A stretch of 64,000 nt of DNA from an uncultured Gemmatimonadaceae bacterium (lineage in GTDB: Bacteria; Gemmatimonadota; Gemmatimonadetes; Longimicrobiales; Gaopeijiaceae). The notes under the pieces were generated by a model. It was given only the letters and a program-made list of their open reading frames with translations. It was not told the DNA's origin and ran no database searches. The stretch covers positions 1,241 through 65,240 of the forward strand of contig CAZVYM010000008.1 of assembly GCA_964630935.1 (NCBI GenBank), written 5' to 3'. A program made the translations under genes and the position numbers. Shown one piece after another: positions 27,819-36,916 of this stretch; positions within the stretch are counted from its first letter, which is position 1; the number at the start of each line of letters is the position of its first letter.

Positions 27819-30050
27819 ATGAGCACGACCGCAACCCGCCCCTCCGAAGAATCCCCCGGCCACGGCTTCGGCACCGGCCCCGTCTTTCTCGCGAGCATCA
27901 GCACGATCCTCGGGGCCATCATGTTCCTGCGGTTCGGCTACGCCGTGGCGAACGTGGGCCTCCTGGGCACCCTGGGCATCATCCTGCTCGGGCACATGGT
28001 CACCATCCCGACCGCGCTGGCCATCGCCGAGATCGCCACCAACCGCCGGGTGGAGGGCGGGGGCGAGTACTTCATCATCTCGCGCTCGTTCGGAAACACC
28101 ATCGGTGGGGCCATCGGGATCTCGCTCTACATGTCGCAGGCGATCTCGGCCGCCTTCTACATGATCGCCTTCGCGGAGGCGTTCCGGCCCCTGACGCCCT
28201 GGTTCCAGGAGGCCATCGGCTTCTTCGACCCGAGGATCGTCTCCCTCCCGGCCCTCCTGGCGCTGATGGCGCTCGTGCTCACCCGAGGGGCCGACCTCGG
28301 CGTGAAGGTGCTCTGGACGGTCGTCGCGGTGCTCGCGGCCTCGCTGGTCATGTTCTTCTTCGGATCCGCGCCCGAGGACATCCGGCCCGAACGTATCTCG
28401 CTCGTCTCCGACCTGGCGCGCCCCGACCACTTCATGCTGGTCTTCGCCATCTGCTTCCCTGCGTTCACGGGCATGACGGCCGGCGTGGGGCTCTCAGGCG
28501 ATCTCGCCAACCCGCGCCGGTCGCTTCCGCTGGGGATCATGTCCGCGACGTTCACCGGAATCGTCGTCTACGTCCTGGTGGTCTTCAAGCTGGCTTCGTC
28601 CGCCAACTCGGTCGCGCTCGATGCGGACCAGCTCATCATGAGCCGGATCGCCCTGTGGGGTCCGATCATCCCGATCGGTCTCGCCGCCGCTACGCTCTCG
28701 TCGGCCATCGGATCGATCCTCGTGGCGCCCCGCACCCTCCAGGCGCTGGGAGGGGATCGTGTCGTGCCGATCCCCGCCGCCAACCGCTTCGTGGCCGCCG
28801 GCGTGGGCGACGCGAACGAGCCTCGCAACGCGACCCTGCTCACGGCCGCCATCGCACTGGTCTTCGTGATCGCCGGCAACGTGAACCTGGTGGCGCGCAT
28901 CGTGTCGATGTTCTTCATGGTGACGTACGGCGCGCTGTGTGCCATCTCCTTCCTCGAGCACTTCGCCGCGCGTCCGTCGTATCGCCCCAGCTTCCGATCG
29001 AAGTGGTACCTGAGCCTCATGGGCGCGGTGATGTGCCTGGTGCTCATGCTGCAGATGGACCTGGTCTACGCGGTGCTCGCCATCGTGGTCATGACGGTCC
29101 TCTACCAGGTGATCCGCAGGAGCCGGGGCGGCGTGGACGACCTGGCCGCCATCTTCCACGGCGTGATGACGCAGGCGACGCGTTATCTCCAGATTCGTCT
29201 CCAGAAGACCCCTCCCGACGACTGGCGCCCGAGCGTGATCATCATCACCCCCCGCACCTTCGACCGCTCGGCGCCCGTGCAGATGATGGAGTGGCTCTGC
29301 CACCGGTACGGCTTCGGGACGTACCTGCACTACATCCCCGGCATGCTCGTTCCGCAGACGTTCGAGGAGAGTCAGGTCGTCCAGGAGCGGCTGATCCAGT
29401 CGATGGCGGAGCGGAAGGGCGCCATCTACGTGGACACCATGATCAGCCCGTCGATGGCGTCGGCTCTCGCGCAGTGCCTGCAGATGCCCGGCGTCTCGGG
29501 CATGGAGAACAACACGATCCTGTTCGAGTTCGGCACGCACGATCCGCCGGAGGTGCTGGAGGAGGTGCGCGAAGGCTGTACGATGGCGGGGGTGCCGGAG
29601 ATGAACCGGCTGGTGTTGCGCCACGGTGAGAACTTCTTCGGCGCCCGCAAGGCGATCCACATCTGGCTCACCTGGCACGATCATCGGAACGCCAACCTGA
29701 TGATCCTCCTCGCCTACATCCTTCTGGGCCACAAGGACTGGAAGGGTGCGGAGATCTCGATCTTCGCGGCCTATCCGCGACGCGAAGCCCGCGAGCGCAC
29801 CGAGGAGCTCCACCAGATGATCGCGGAGGGACGGCTGCTGATCAGCCAGAAGAACGTCCTGGTCATCGCCACGGACGACAGCATCGACTTCCAGAGCCTG
29901 GTGGCCGCACGGTCGAGCACGGCCGACCTGGTCGTCATGGGCTTCACGGACGCGCGTCTGTCCCAGAAGGGGCCCCAGCTCTTCACGCGTTTCCCGACGC
30001 TGCGCGACATCCTCTTCGTCTCCGCGACGGAGACGATCTTCATCGAGTGA
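27819..30050 (+). CDS. cation-chloride cotransporter-like permease (APC superfamily, SLC12-type with a large cytoplasmic C-terminal domain)
   Basis: It has about 12 TM helices opening with LGAIMFLRFGYAVANVGL, GGGEYFIISRSFG and FPAFTGMTAGVGLSGDL, followed by a soluble C-terminal domain of about 270 aa. Confidence 0.85.
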   Translation: MSTTATRPSEESPGHGFGTGPVFLASISTILGAIMFLRFGYAVANVGLLGTLGIILLGHMVTIPTALAIAEIATNRRVEGGGEYFIISRSFGNTIGGAIGISLYMSQAISAAFYMIAFAEAFRPLTPWFQEAIGFFDPRIVSLPALLALMALVLTRGADLGVKVLWTVVAVLAASLVMFFFGSAPEDIRPERISLVSDLARPDHFMLVFAICFPAFTGMTAGVGLSGDLANPRRSLPLGIMSATFTGIVVYVLVVFKLASSANSVALDADQLIMSRIALWGPIIPIGLAAATLSSAIGSILVAPRTLQALGGDRVVPIPAANRFVAAGVGDANEPRNATLLTAAIALVFVIAGNVNLVARIVSMFFMVTYGALCAISFLEHFAARPSYRPSFRSKWYLSLMGAVMCLVLMLQMDLVYAVLAIVVMTVLYQVIRRSRGGVDDLAAIFHGVMTQATRYLQIRLQKTPPDDWRPSVIIITPRTFDRSAPVQMMEWLCHRYGFGTYLHYIPGMLVPQTFEESQVVQERLIQSMAERKGAIYVDTMISPSMASALAQCLQMPGVSGMENNTILFEFGTHDPPEVLEEVREGCTMAGVPEMNRLVLRHGENFFGARKAIHIWLTWHDHRNANLMILLAYILLGHKDWKGAEISIFAAYPRREARERTEELHQMIAEGRLLISQKNVLVIATDDSIDFQSLVAARSSTADLVVMGFTDARLSQKGPQLFTRFPTLRDILFVSATETIFIE

Positions 30051-30071
30051 AGGGCTGAAGGGCTGAAGGGC
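30048..30071 (+). repeat. three tandem copies of the octamer TGAAGGGC
   Basis: Read directly: TGAAGGGC TGAAGGGC TGAAGGGC. The first TGA is the stop codon of the cotransporter gene. Confidence 0.9.
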
Positions 30072-30077
30072 GACCCG

Positions 30078-30611
30078 CTACTGCTCCTTCAGATACCTGG
30101 ACGGGATCGGGTTGCCCGGCCGCTCACCGTCCCACATGACCGTGGCGATCCACCAGCGGGTTCCGTCGTTGACGAGCTGGATCGAGTTGATGCCGCGCTG
30201 GAACGGGGTGGAGTCGGCGGCGGTGTGCCGGGATTCGTAGGTGCTGAACAGGTGCGCGATCTGGCCGAACTGCTCTGTTTCGCGATGGATCTCCCTCTCG
30301 AAGAACCCGTTCTCCTCGAGGTACGCGCCGCTGAGGTTTACGTAGTCCTGTGGGGACAGGACGCGATAGCTCACCGTCTCGCCGTCACGCCCGACGCCCA
30401 CGGCGATCAGCTGCGCTTCGTCGAGAAAGAGGGAATGCCACCGGTTCCAGTCCCGCTTCTGACCGGCCGGCCCGGAGATGACGTCGTAGAGGGCCGCCAC
30501 GATCCCGTCGACGGTCGTGACGTCGGCAGGGTCCGCTTGCTGTGCGAGCAGGACGGCAGGAGCCGTCATCAGGACGGTCGTCAGCAAGGTCAGAGGAGGA
30601 GTCTTCCGCAT
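30078..30611 (-). CDS. secreted NTF2-like (SnoaL/DUF4440-type) protein
   Basis: ATG 30611 and signal peptide MRKTPPLTLLTTVLMTAPAVLLAQ. A small alpha+beta protein ending in WWIATVMWD. The family assignment is tentative. Confidence 0.6.
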   Translation of the reverse strand: MRKTPPLTLLTTVLMTAPAVLLAQQADPADVTTVDGIVAALYDVISGPAGQKRDWNRWHSLFLDEAQLIAVGVGRDGETVSYRVLSPQDYVNLSGAYLEENGFFEREIHRETEQFGQIAHLFSTYESRHTAADSTPFQRGINSIQLVNDGTRWWIATVMWDGERPGNPIPSRYLKEQ

Positions 30612-30837
30612 GGTGTCGTCTCCGGAGGATGGTGATGCTCCCTTGGACACTCCGGGATTTGGATACCCCGGCTGCCCCGGAGGGTTGTCGCCCCGATGTC
30701 CCGGTTGATCCCTCCCGGGCCCCCGGGTATCCTTCGTCGCGAAGCCTGCGAGTCCCCGGACGAGTGGCGTGCGCGACGCCTCCGAGACCTGCCGGCACGA
30801 CCTTCTCGGGTGCCCGCGCTGCGCCCGGCTCACGACG

Positions 30838-33465
30838 ATGACGACGCCCGACGACACCCCGCTCATGCAGCAGTGGCGCGACGCCAAGGCCCGGCATCGC
30901 GACGCCCTGCTGTTCTTCCGGGTGGGGGACTTCTTCGAGCTCTTCAACGCCGACGCCGAGGAGGGCGCGCGCCTCCTCGGCCTCACGCTCACCTCGCGCA
31001 ACAACGGGGCGGCGGCGCGCGTTCCGCTGGCGGGGGTCCCGGCCAAGGCCATCGACGAGTACCTGGCGAGGTTGGTGAAGCTCGGACGGCGTGTCGCCAT
31101 CTGCGACCAGGTGGAAGACCCCGCCCTGGCCAAGGGGATCGTGCGCCGCGAGGTGACCGAGACGATCACGCCGGGCACCGTGCTGGCCGACTCCCTGCTG
31201 TCGGAGCGGCGCAACAACTTCCTGGTGTCGCTCGTGCCCGACACCACGGGATCCTTCGGCCTGGCCGCGCTCGACGTCTCCACCGGGGAGATGACCGTCC
31301 GGCGCGTGCCGCGAGACGAGCTCCGCGCCGAGCTCGGCCGCCTGGAGCCGTCGGAGCTCCTGCTTCCCCGGTCTTTCGCCGAGCGCGAGGATCCCGCCGT
31401 CACGCTCACGGAGCGCGCACCCGCGCGCACGACGCGTGACGATTGGATGTTCGAGGCCGACGTGTGCGCCGACGAGCTCGCGCGCTTGTACGCGGTGCAG
31501 TCGCTGGACGGGTTCGGGTTCCAGCCGGACGACACGGCGCTGATCCGGGCGGCGGGAGGGCTGGTGCAGTATCTGCGCGAGATCCGCCCGTCGGGCGTGA
31601 CGCACCTGCGTCCGCCCCGGATCCTGAGGCCCGGGCACGTCATGCTCCTGGACGAGATGACGCGGCGGAACCTGGAGCTCGTGGAGCCGCTCCGGGCGGG
31701 CGAGCAGGGCGGGACGCTCCTCGACGTCCTCGACGACACGGTCACGGCGATGGGCGCCCGGCTGCTGCGCCGTTGGGTTCTCGAGCCGCTCGTGGTCCCG
31801 GAGGAGATCTGGCGTAGGCAGCAAGGTGTGGCGGAGCTCGTGGACGGGCCCGAGCTGAGACGGGCGATCCGGGGCTCGTTGGACGGCGTGAGCGATCTGG
31901 AACGCCTGGCCGGGAAGGTCGGCACGGGTCGGGTCGGCCCGAGGGACCTCCTCGGGCTGAGGCGCTCGCTCGAGCGTCTGCCCGCGGTGCGGGACACGGG
32001 TGCCGAGGCGTCGTCGGAGCTGTTGCGCGACCTCACCGGCGAGCTCGACTGCCTGGAGGACCTGGCCGATCTGCTGGAGCGTGCGATCGCGGAAGAGCCG
32101 CCCGCCACGCTGCAGGAAGGTGGCGTCATCCGCCCCGGATGGTCGGAGCCGCTCGACGAGCTCCGTGAGGTGCGCGACGGGGCCCGCGACTTCATCGCTC
32201 GACTCCAGGCGCGCGAGCGGGAGCGCACGGGCATCGGGTCGCTCAAGGTCGGGTTCAACAAGGTCTTCGGCTACTACCTCGAGGTGACGCGCGCCAACAT
32301 GGACCGCGTGCCCGAGCATTACGTGCGCAAGCAGACGCTCACGAACGCAGAGCGATATTTCACGCCCGAGCTCAAGGAATGGGAGGAGAAGGTCTTCGGC
32401 GCCGAAGATCGGATCGCCCAGCTCGAAGCCGAGCTCTTCGCCGAGATCCGGCGTCGTGTCGGAGACCAGGTCGCCCGCCTCCAGGAGACCGGGACGCGCG
32501 TGGCCGCGCTCGACGTCCTGGGCACGCTCGCGCAGGTGGCCGAGCGCCGTGGCTACGTGCGTCCGGAGGTGCACACGGGCTTCGACCTCGAGATCCGCGC
32601 CGGGCGGCACCCGGTCGTCGAGACGATGATGCCGCGCGAGGAGTTCATTCCGAACGACCTGGCGCTCGACGAGGACGGGTGGATCATCGTGCTGACCGGC
32701 CCCAACATGGCCGGCAAGAGCACGGTCCTCCGCCAGGTGGGCCTCATCCAGCTTCTGGCCCAGATCGGCGCCTTCGTGCCCGCCGACGAGGCCCGGCTTC
32801 CGGTCACGGATCGGATCTTCACCCGGGTGGGCGCCTCCGACAACCTCGCGCGCGGCCAGTCCACCTTCATGGTCGAGATGAGCGAGACGGCGGCCATCGT
32901 GCACGGTGCGACGGACCGGAGCCTGGTGCTCCTGGACGAGATCGGGCGAGGAACCTCCACGTACGACGGTGTCTCGATCGCGTGGGCCGTCACGGAGCAC
33001 GTACACGAGCACCTCGGGGCCAAGACGATCTTCGCCACGCACTACCACGAGCTCACGCAGCTCGGCGATCTGCTCGGCGGCGTCAAGAACCTGAACGTCT
33101 CGGTGCGCGAGGTCGGTGACGACATCGTCTTCTTGCGGCGCCTGGCCGAGGGTGGGGCGGACCGCTCCTACGGGATCCAGGTGGCCCGCCTGGCGGGTCT
33201 GCCCGACGACGTGATCGCGCGGGCTCGGGAACTTCTCACGGAGTTGGAGGGAACACATAGCCACGGGGGAGAAGGGCTGGGCCGGCACGGCGCTCACCGT
33301 CCGCGCTCCGAGGCTCCCCCGGATCAGCTGTCGATGTTCCAGGTGGAGCACCCCGTGGTGGATCGCCTGCGTGCGCTCGACCCGGATGGGCTGACGCCCA
33401 GGCAGGCCCTGGATCTGCTCTACCAACTCTCGAATGACGTGAAGACAGGCGGGAGCGATGCGTGA
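30838..33465 (+). CDS. mutS: DNA mismatch repair protein MutS
   Basis: ATG 30838. N-terminal TPLMQQW and FFRVGDFFELF, Walker A GPNMAGKST, STFMVEM and DEIGRGTSTYDG are all present. Confidence 0.95.
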   Translation: MTTPDDTPLMQQWRDAKARHRDALLFFRVGDFFELFNADAEEGARLLGLTLTSRNNGAAARVPLAGVPAKAIDEYLARLVKLGRRVAICDQVEDPALAKGIVRREVTETITPGTVLADSLLSERRNNFLVSLVPDTTGSFGLAALDVSTGEMTVRRVPRDELRAELGRLEPSELLLPRSFAEREDPAVTLTERAPARTTRDDWMFEADVCADELARLYAVQSLDGFGFQPDDTALIRAAGGLVQYLREIRPSGVTHLRPPRILRPGHVMLLDEMTRRNLELVEPLRAGEQGGTLLDVLDDTVTAMGARLLRRWVLEPLVVPEEIWRRQQGVAELVDGPELRRAIRGSLDGVSDLERLAGKVGTGRVGPRDLLGLRRSLERLPAVRDTGAEASSELLRDLTGELDCLEDLADLLERAIAEEPPATLQEGGVIRPGWSEPLDELREVRDGARDFIARLQARERERTGIGSLKVGFNKVFGYYLEVTRANMDRVPEHYVRKQTLTNAERYFTPELKEWEEKVFGAEDRIAQLEAELFAEIRRRVGDQVARLQETGTRVAALDVLGTLAQVAERRGYVRPEVHTGFDLEIRAGRHPVVETMMPREEFIPNDLALDEDGWIIVLTGPNMAGKSTVLRQVGLIQLLAQIGAFVPADEARLPVTDRIFTRVGASDNLARGQSTFMVEMSETAAIVHGATDRSLVLLDEIGRGTSTYDGVSIAWAVTEHVHEHLGAKTIFATHYHELTQLGDLLGGVKNLNVSVREVGDDIVFLRRLAEGGADRSYGIQVARLAGLPDDVIARARELLTELEGTHSHGGEGLGRHGAHRPRSEAPPDQLSMFQVEHPVVDRLRALDPDGLTPRQALDLLYQLSNDVKTGGSDA

Positions 33466-33887
33466 CGCGTGACGAGCGGGGTCCGGGCCTCCGGAGGATT
33501 CTCGGGGGGCTCACCGTGGCGACATTCGTGCTGTCGAGCGCGGGATGTACCTCCGATGGCGAGATTCAGCACCCGGCGCCCCTCTACGGAGACGTGCCGA
33601 TCCAATATCCCATCCAGCTCTGGGACCAGGACCAGGAAGGAGAGACGCTCCTGCGGGTCCGGGTCACGGATACCGGTACGGTAGACAGCGTGGTCGTGGA
33701 GAAGTCCTCCGGATACGCGGCCTTCGATTCCGCGGCCGTGGCGGGCGCCAAGAAGCTCCAGTTCAGCCCGGCGCGCCGAAAGGGCAAGAGGATCCGCGTG
33801 TGGGCGGAGGTCCCCGTCAACTTCTCGAAGAAGCCGCGGCCCGACACGCTGCCTCCGCTCCCCGACACACTGCCCGCACTGCATTGA
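33462..33887 (+). CDS. lipoprotein consisting of a TonB C-terminal-like domain
   Basis: GTG 33462 overlaps the mutS stop (GTGA). It has a lipobox (LSSAGC). The TonB_C-like core is YPIQLWDQDQEGETLLRVRVTDTGTVDSVVVEKSSGYAAFDSAAVAGAKKLQFSPA. There is no Pro-rich spacer and no TM anchor. Confidence 0.65.
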   Translation: MTRDERGPGLRRILGGLTVATFVLSSAGCTSDGEIQHPAPLYGDVPIQYPIQLWDQDQEGETLLRVRVTDTGTVDSVVVEKSSGYAAFDSAAVAGAKKLQFSPARRKGKRIRVWAEVPVNFSKKPRPDTLPPLPDTLPALH

Positions 33888-33972
33888 GGCCGGAGCCGGT
33901 GGCGGAAGCCCCACCGTCGAGCCCCGCGGCGAACGGCGGCGACTGAGGGGCCCGCGCGCGGCCCACTCCGGC

Positions 33973-35559
33973 ATGCCTCTCTTCCTCGGCCTCGACTGCG
34001 GCACCCAGAGCCTGAACGCGCTCGTGATCGAGGTCGAAGCCGAGCGCCGGGCCGTCGTATTCGAGCACTCGCTCCCCTTCGACGCGACCTTCCCGGACTA
34101 CGGCACGGTCAACGGGGCTCTCCCCGGCGACGATCCCCTGGTGGTGGAAGCGCCGCCGCTCCTGTGGGCCGAGGCGCTCGACCGGATGATGGGCCTGCTG
34201 GCCGCCGAGCTCGGTCGCGACCTGGCGCGTGTCGCCGCCGTCACGGGATCCGCGCAGCAGCACGGAAGCGTCTACCTGAGCGCGGAAGGGGTCTCGCTTC
34301 TGGCTTCTGCCGACCCCCGCCGGCCCCTGGCCGATCGGATGCGGAGCGGATTCTCGCGTGAGCGCGCGCCGATCTGGATGGACGCGAGCACATCGATCGA
34401 ATGCGCCGAGATCACCGCGGCGGTCGGCGGTCCGGAGGCCCTCGCACGGATCACCGGGTCGCGCGCCTTCGAGCGCTTCACGGGACCCCAGATCCGAAGG
34501 TTCGCGAGGACCGATCCCCGGGGATGGACGCGGACGGCACGCGTGGACCTCGTGAGCTCGTACCTGGCCTCGCTCCTCGCCGGGGCCGCCGTACCGGTCG
34601 ATGTCGGGGACGCGTCAGGGATGAACCTCCTCGACCTCGCCCGGGGCGACTGGGCCGAGGTGGCGTTGGAGGCGACGGCAGCCGGCCTCCGGAAGAAGCT
34701 GCCCGCCGTGGTCCCGTCGGCGACCGTCGTCGGACGCGTTGGCGGCTACTGGACGGGCCGGTACGGTTTTCCGCCCGCCGAGGTCGTCGCCTGGACCGGA
34801 GACAATCCGTCGAGCCTGGTGGGCGTGGGCGCCGTGGAGCCCGGAGTCACCGCCGTCTCGCTGGGCACGAGCGACACGCTCTTCGGACCGATGGCCGAGC
34901 CCGAGCCCGACCCGACCGGAGCCGCGCACGTCTTCGGGGCGCCGACCGGCGGCTTCATGAGCCTGGTGTGCTTCCGCAACGGGTCGCTCGCGCGAGAGCG
35001 GGTGCGCGACCGCTTCGGCCTCGACTGGAACGGGTTCTCCGCGGGGCTCCGGACGACCGAGCCGGGGAACGGAGGTGCGCTCATGCTCCCCTGGTTCGAG
35101 CCGGAGATCACCCCTCCGGTCCTCGAGGCCGGGGTGCGCACGCGCGACCTCGACGACGGTGACGCCGCGGCCAATGTCCGCGCGGTGGTCGAGGCCCAGA
35201 TGATGGCCATGCGGCGACACTCGAGGTGGGCCGTCCCTCGCGTCGAGCGGATCCACGCCACCGGTGGAGCGGCACGCAACGAGGAGATCCTCCAGGTCAT
35301 GGCCGACGTGTTCGACGCGCCCGTCCACCGGATCGAGGTCGCCAACTCGGCGTGCCTCGGCGCCGCCTTGCGCGCGCTGCATGCGCACGAGGCCGCTGCG
35401 GGCCGAGTATGTTCCTGGAAGGACGTCGTCGCCGGATTCGCCGCGCCGTCGCCCGACCCCTTGCTCCGTCCCCGCGTGGACGCGGTGGACGTCTACGCGC
35501 GACTCGCCCGCGAGCACGCCGCGCTCGAGGAAGGTTGGCTCAAGCGTCTCCGCCGCTGA
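33973..35559 (+). CDS. FGGY-family carbohydrate kinase (xylulokinase-like)
   Basis: N-terminal LGLDCGTQS, GSAQQHG, the SLGTSDT block and the ATGGAARN C-terminal actin-fold motif are present. Confidence 0.8.
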   Translation: MPLFLGLDCGTQSLNALVIEVEAERRAVVFEHSLPFDATFPDYGTVNGALPGDDPLVVEAPPLLWAEALDRMMGLLAAELGRDLARVAAVTGSAQQHGSVYLSAEGVSLLASADPRRPLADRMRSGFSRERAPIWMDASTSIECAEITAAVGGPEALARITGSRAFERFTGPQIRRFARTDPRGWTRTARVDLVSSYLASLLAGAAVPVDVGDASGMNLLDLARGDWAEVALEATAAGLRKKLPAVVPSATVVGRVGGYWTGRYGFPPAEVVAWTGDNPSSLVGVGAVEPGVTAVSLGTSDTLFGPMAEPEPDPTGAAHVFGAPTGGFMSLVCFRNGSLARERVRDRFGLDWNGFSAGLRTTEPGNGGALMLPWFEPEITPPVLEAGVRTRDLDDGDAAANVRAVVEAQMMAMRRHSRWAVPRVERIHATGGAARNEEILQVMADVFDAPVHRIEVANSACLGAALRALHAHEAAAGRVCSWKDVVAGFAAPSPDPLLRPRVDAVDVYARLAREHAALEEGWLKRLRR

Positions 35560-36109
35560 CCTCCCCGAGGGGGGTCGAGAGCCCGTCGATGCTCCGGAGG
35601 TTGTGCTCCCGACGGTAGGCGTCCAGCCCGGTCTTGCGGTCCTTCTCGGCGGCCCACCGGACGAGCGTGTCGCGCGGGCCCACGTACTCCATCGTGGGCA
35701 CCCCGAACCCGCACGAGGTATGCACCCGGGTCACGTCCGCCACGATGATCTGGCGGACACCCGGTGTCTCCTCGAAGTGCGGCGCCAGCTCCCGCCACTC
35801 CTCCGAGGACGGCAGCACGGTCCGACCGCGGCCGTAGATCCGCAGGATGCGCGGGGTTCCGCTGAACGCGCAGAACATGAACGTCACGCGGCCGTTCTCC
35901 CGAAGGTGGGCGGACGTCTCGTTGCCGCTTCCCGTCAGGTCGAGGTAGCCCACGCGTGTCGGAGAGAGCACGCGGAACGCGTCGAGCCCCTTGGGAGACA
36001 GGTTCACGTGACCGGTGGCGGCCAGCGGCGCCGTGGCCACGAAGAAGAGGGGCTGAGCCTCGATGAAGGCTCGCAGGTCCGGGGTCAGCGCGTCGAGCGG
36101 TTTCGCCAT
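35540..36109 (-). CDS. pyridoxamine 5'-phosphate oxidase-family (FMN-binding split barrel) protein
   Basis: I chose ATG 36109 (MAKPLDALTPDLRAFIEAQPLFFVATA). The HVNLSPKG block is present. The upstream in-frame extension covers an intergenic repeat and is probably not translated. Confidence 0.75.
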   Translation of the reverse strand: MAKPLDALTPDLRAFIEAQPLFFVATAPLAATGHVNLSPKGLDAFRVLSPTRVGYLDLTGSGNETSAHLRENGRVTFMFCAFSGTPRILRIYGRGRTVLPSSEEWRELAPHFEETPGVRQIIVADVTRVHTSCGFGVPTMEYVGPRDTLVRWAAEKDRKTGLDAYRREHNLRSIDGLSTPLGEVSGGDA

Positions 36110-36155
36110 CGGTCCGGCTCCTTCGAGATCGGGAGGGACGGCCGATCCGGGCTCG

Positions 36156-36209
36156 ATGGATCGGTCGGCCGGCCTTGGATCTCCTGCCGCCATGGATCGG
36201 TCGGCCGGC
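36156..36209. repeat. two identical 18-nt direct repeats (ATGGATCGGTCGGCCGGC) 36 nt apart in a divergent promoter region
   Basis: Copies lie at 36156-36173 and 36192-36209. A partial inverted copy GGCCGATCC lies at 36140-36148. Confidence 0.85.
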
Positions 36210-36279
36210 TTCAGGATACCCAATAGGGGAGGGACTTCACCACCCATGAGGGATTCTGTCCAAACCGAGAGGCGACGAT

Positions 36280-36900
36280 ATGGCGAGCGAGACGATCACC
36301 ACCCTGTTTCTGGATATCGGCGGCGTGCTCCTGACCAACGGGTGGGACCACCATGCGCGCCGCCGTGCCACCGAGGAGTTCGGTCTCGACTACGAAGAGA
36401 TGGACGAGCGTCACCGAATGACCTTCGACACGTACGAAGAGGGGAAGGTGAGCCTCGATCGCTACCTGGACCGAATCGTGTTCTACGAGCCGCGAGCCTT
36501 CGACCGGAAGGCGTTCAAGGACTTCATGTTCGCACAGTCCGACAAGCTGCCCGACATGATGGAGGGCCTCCTCGAGCTCAAGGAGCGCCGCGGGCTTGGC
36601 GTCGTGGCGGTGAGCAACGAGGGGCGTGAGCTCACCCAGCACCGGGTGCGCACGTTCGGACTCGACGGGCTGATCGACTTCTTCGTATCGTCGTGCTTCG
36701 TGCACGTGCGCAAGCCGGACGAGGACATCTACCGGATCGCGCTCGACGGTGCGCAGGCCGCGCCGGAGCAGGTGGCGTACGTCGACGATCGACGCATGTT
36801 CGTGGAGGTCGCGGAGTCCCTCGGGATCCGCGGCATCCACCACACCGACACCCACGAGACGCTGGCGCGCCTCGATGCCTGGACGGCTCCTAGCTCTTGA
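36280..36900 (+). CDS. HAD-superfamily hydrolase (subfamily IA-like)
   Basis: Motif I is LFLDIGGVL, motif II is VSNEG, and motif III/IV is KPDEDIY .. YVDDR. Confidence 0.8.
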   Translation: MASETITTLFLDIGGVLLTNGWDHHARRRATEEFGLDYEEMDERHRMTFDTYEEGKVSLDRYLDRIVFYEPRAFDRKAFKDFMFAQSDKLPDMMEGLLELKERRGLGVVAVSNEGRELTQHRVRTFGLDGLIDFFVSSCFVHVRKPDEDIYRIALDGAQAAPEQVAYVDDRRMFVEVAESLGIRGIHHTDTHETLARLDAWTAPSS

Positions 36901-36916
36901 GACGGCAGGAGGTACG

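Noticed and set aside
36110-36247. An N-terminal extension of the PNPOx-family ORF (MGGEVPPLLGILKPADRSMAAGDPRPADRSIEPGS...) with a repeated PADRS motif.
   Set aside because: The repeat is the translation of the 18-nt intergenic direct repeats. The family-typical N-terminus begins at ATG 36109. The extension is more likely promoter/operator DNA.
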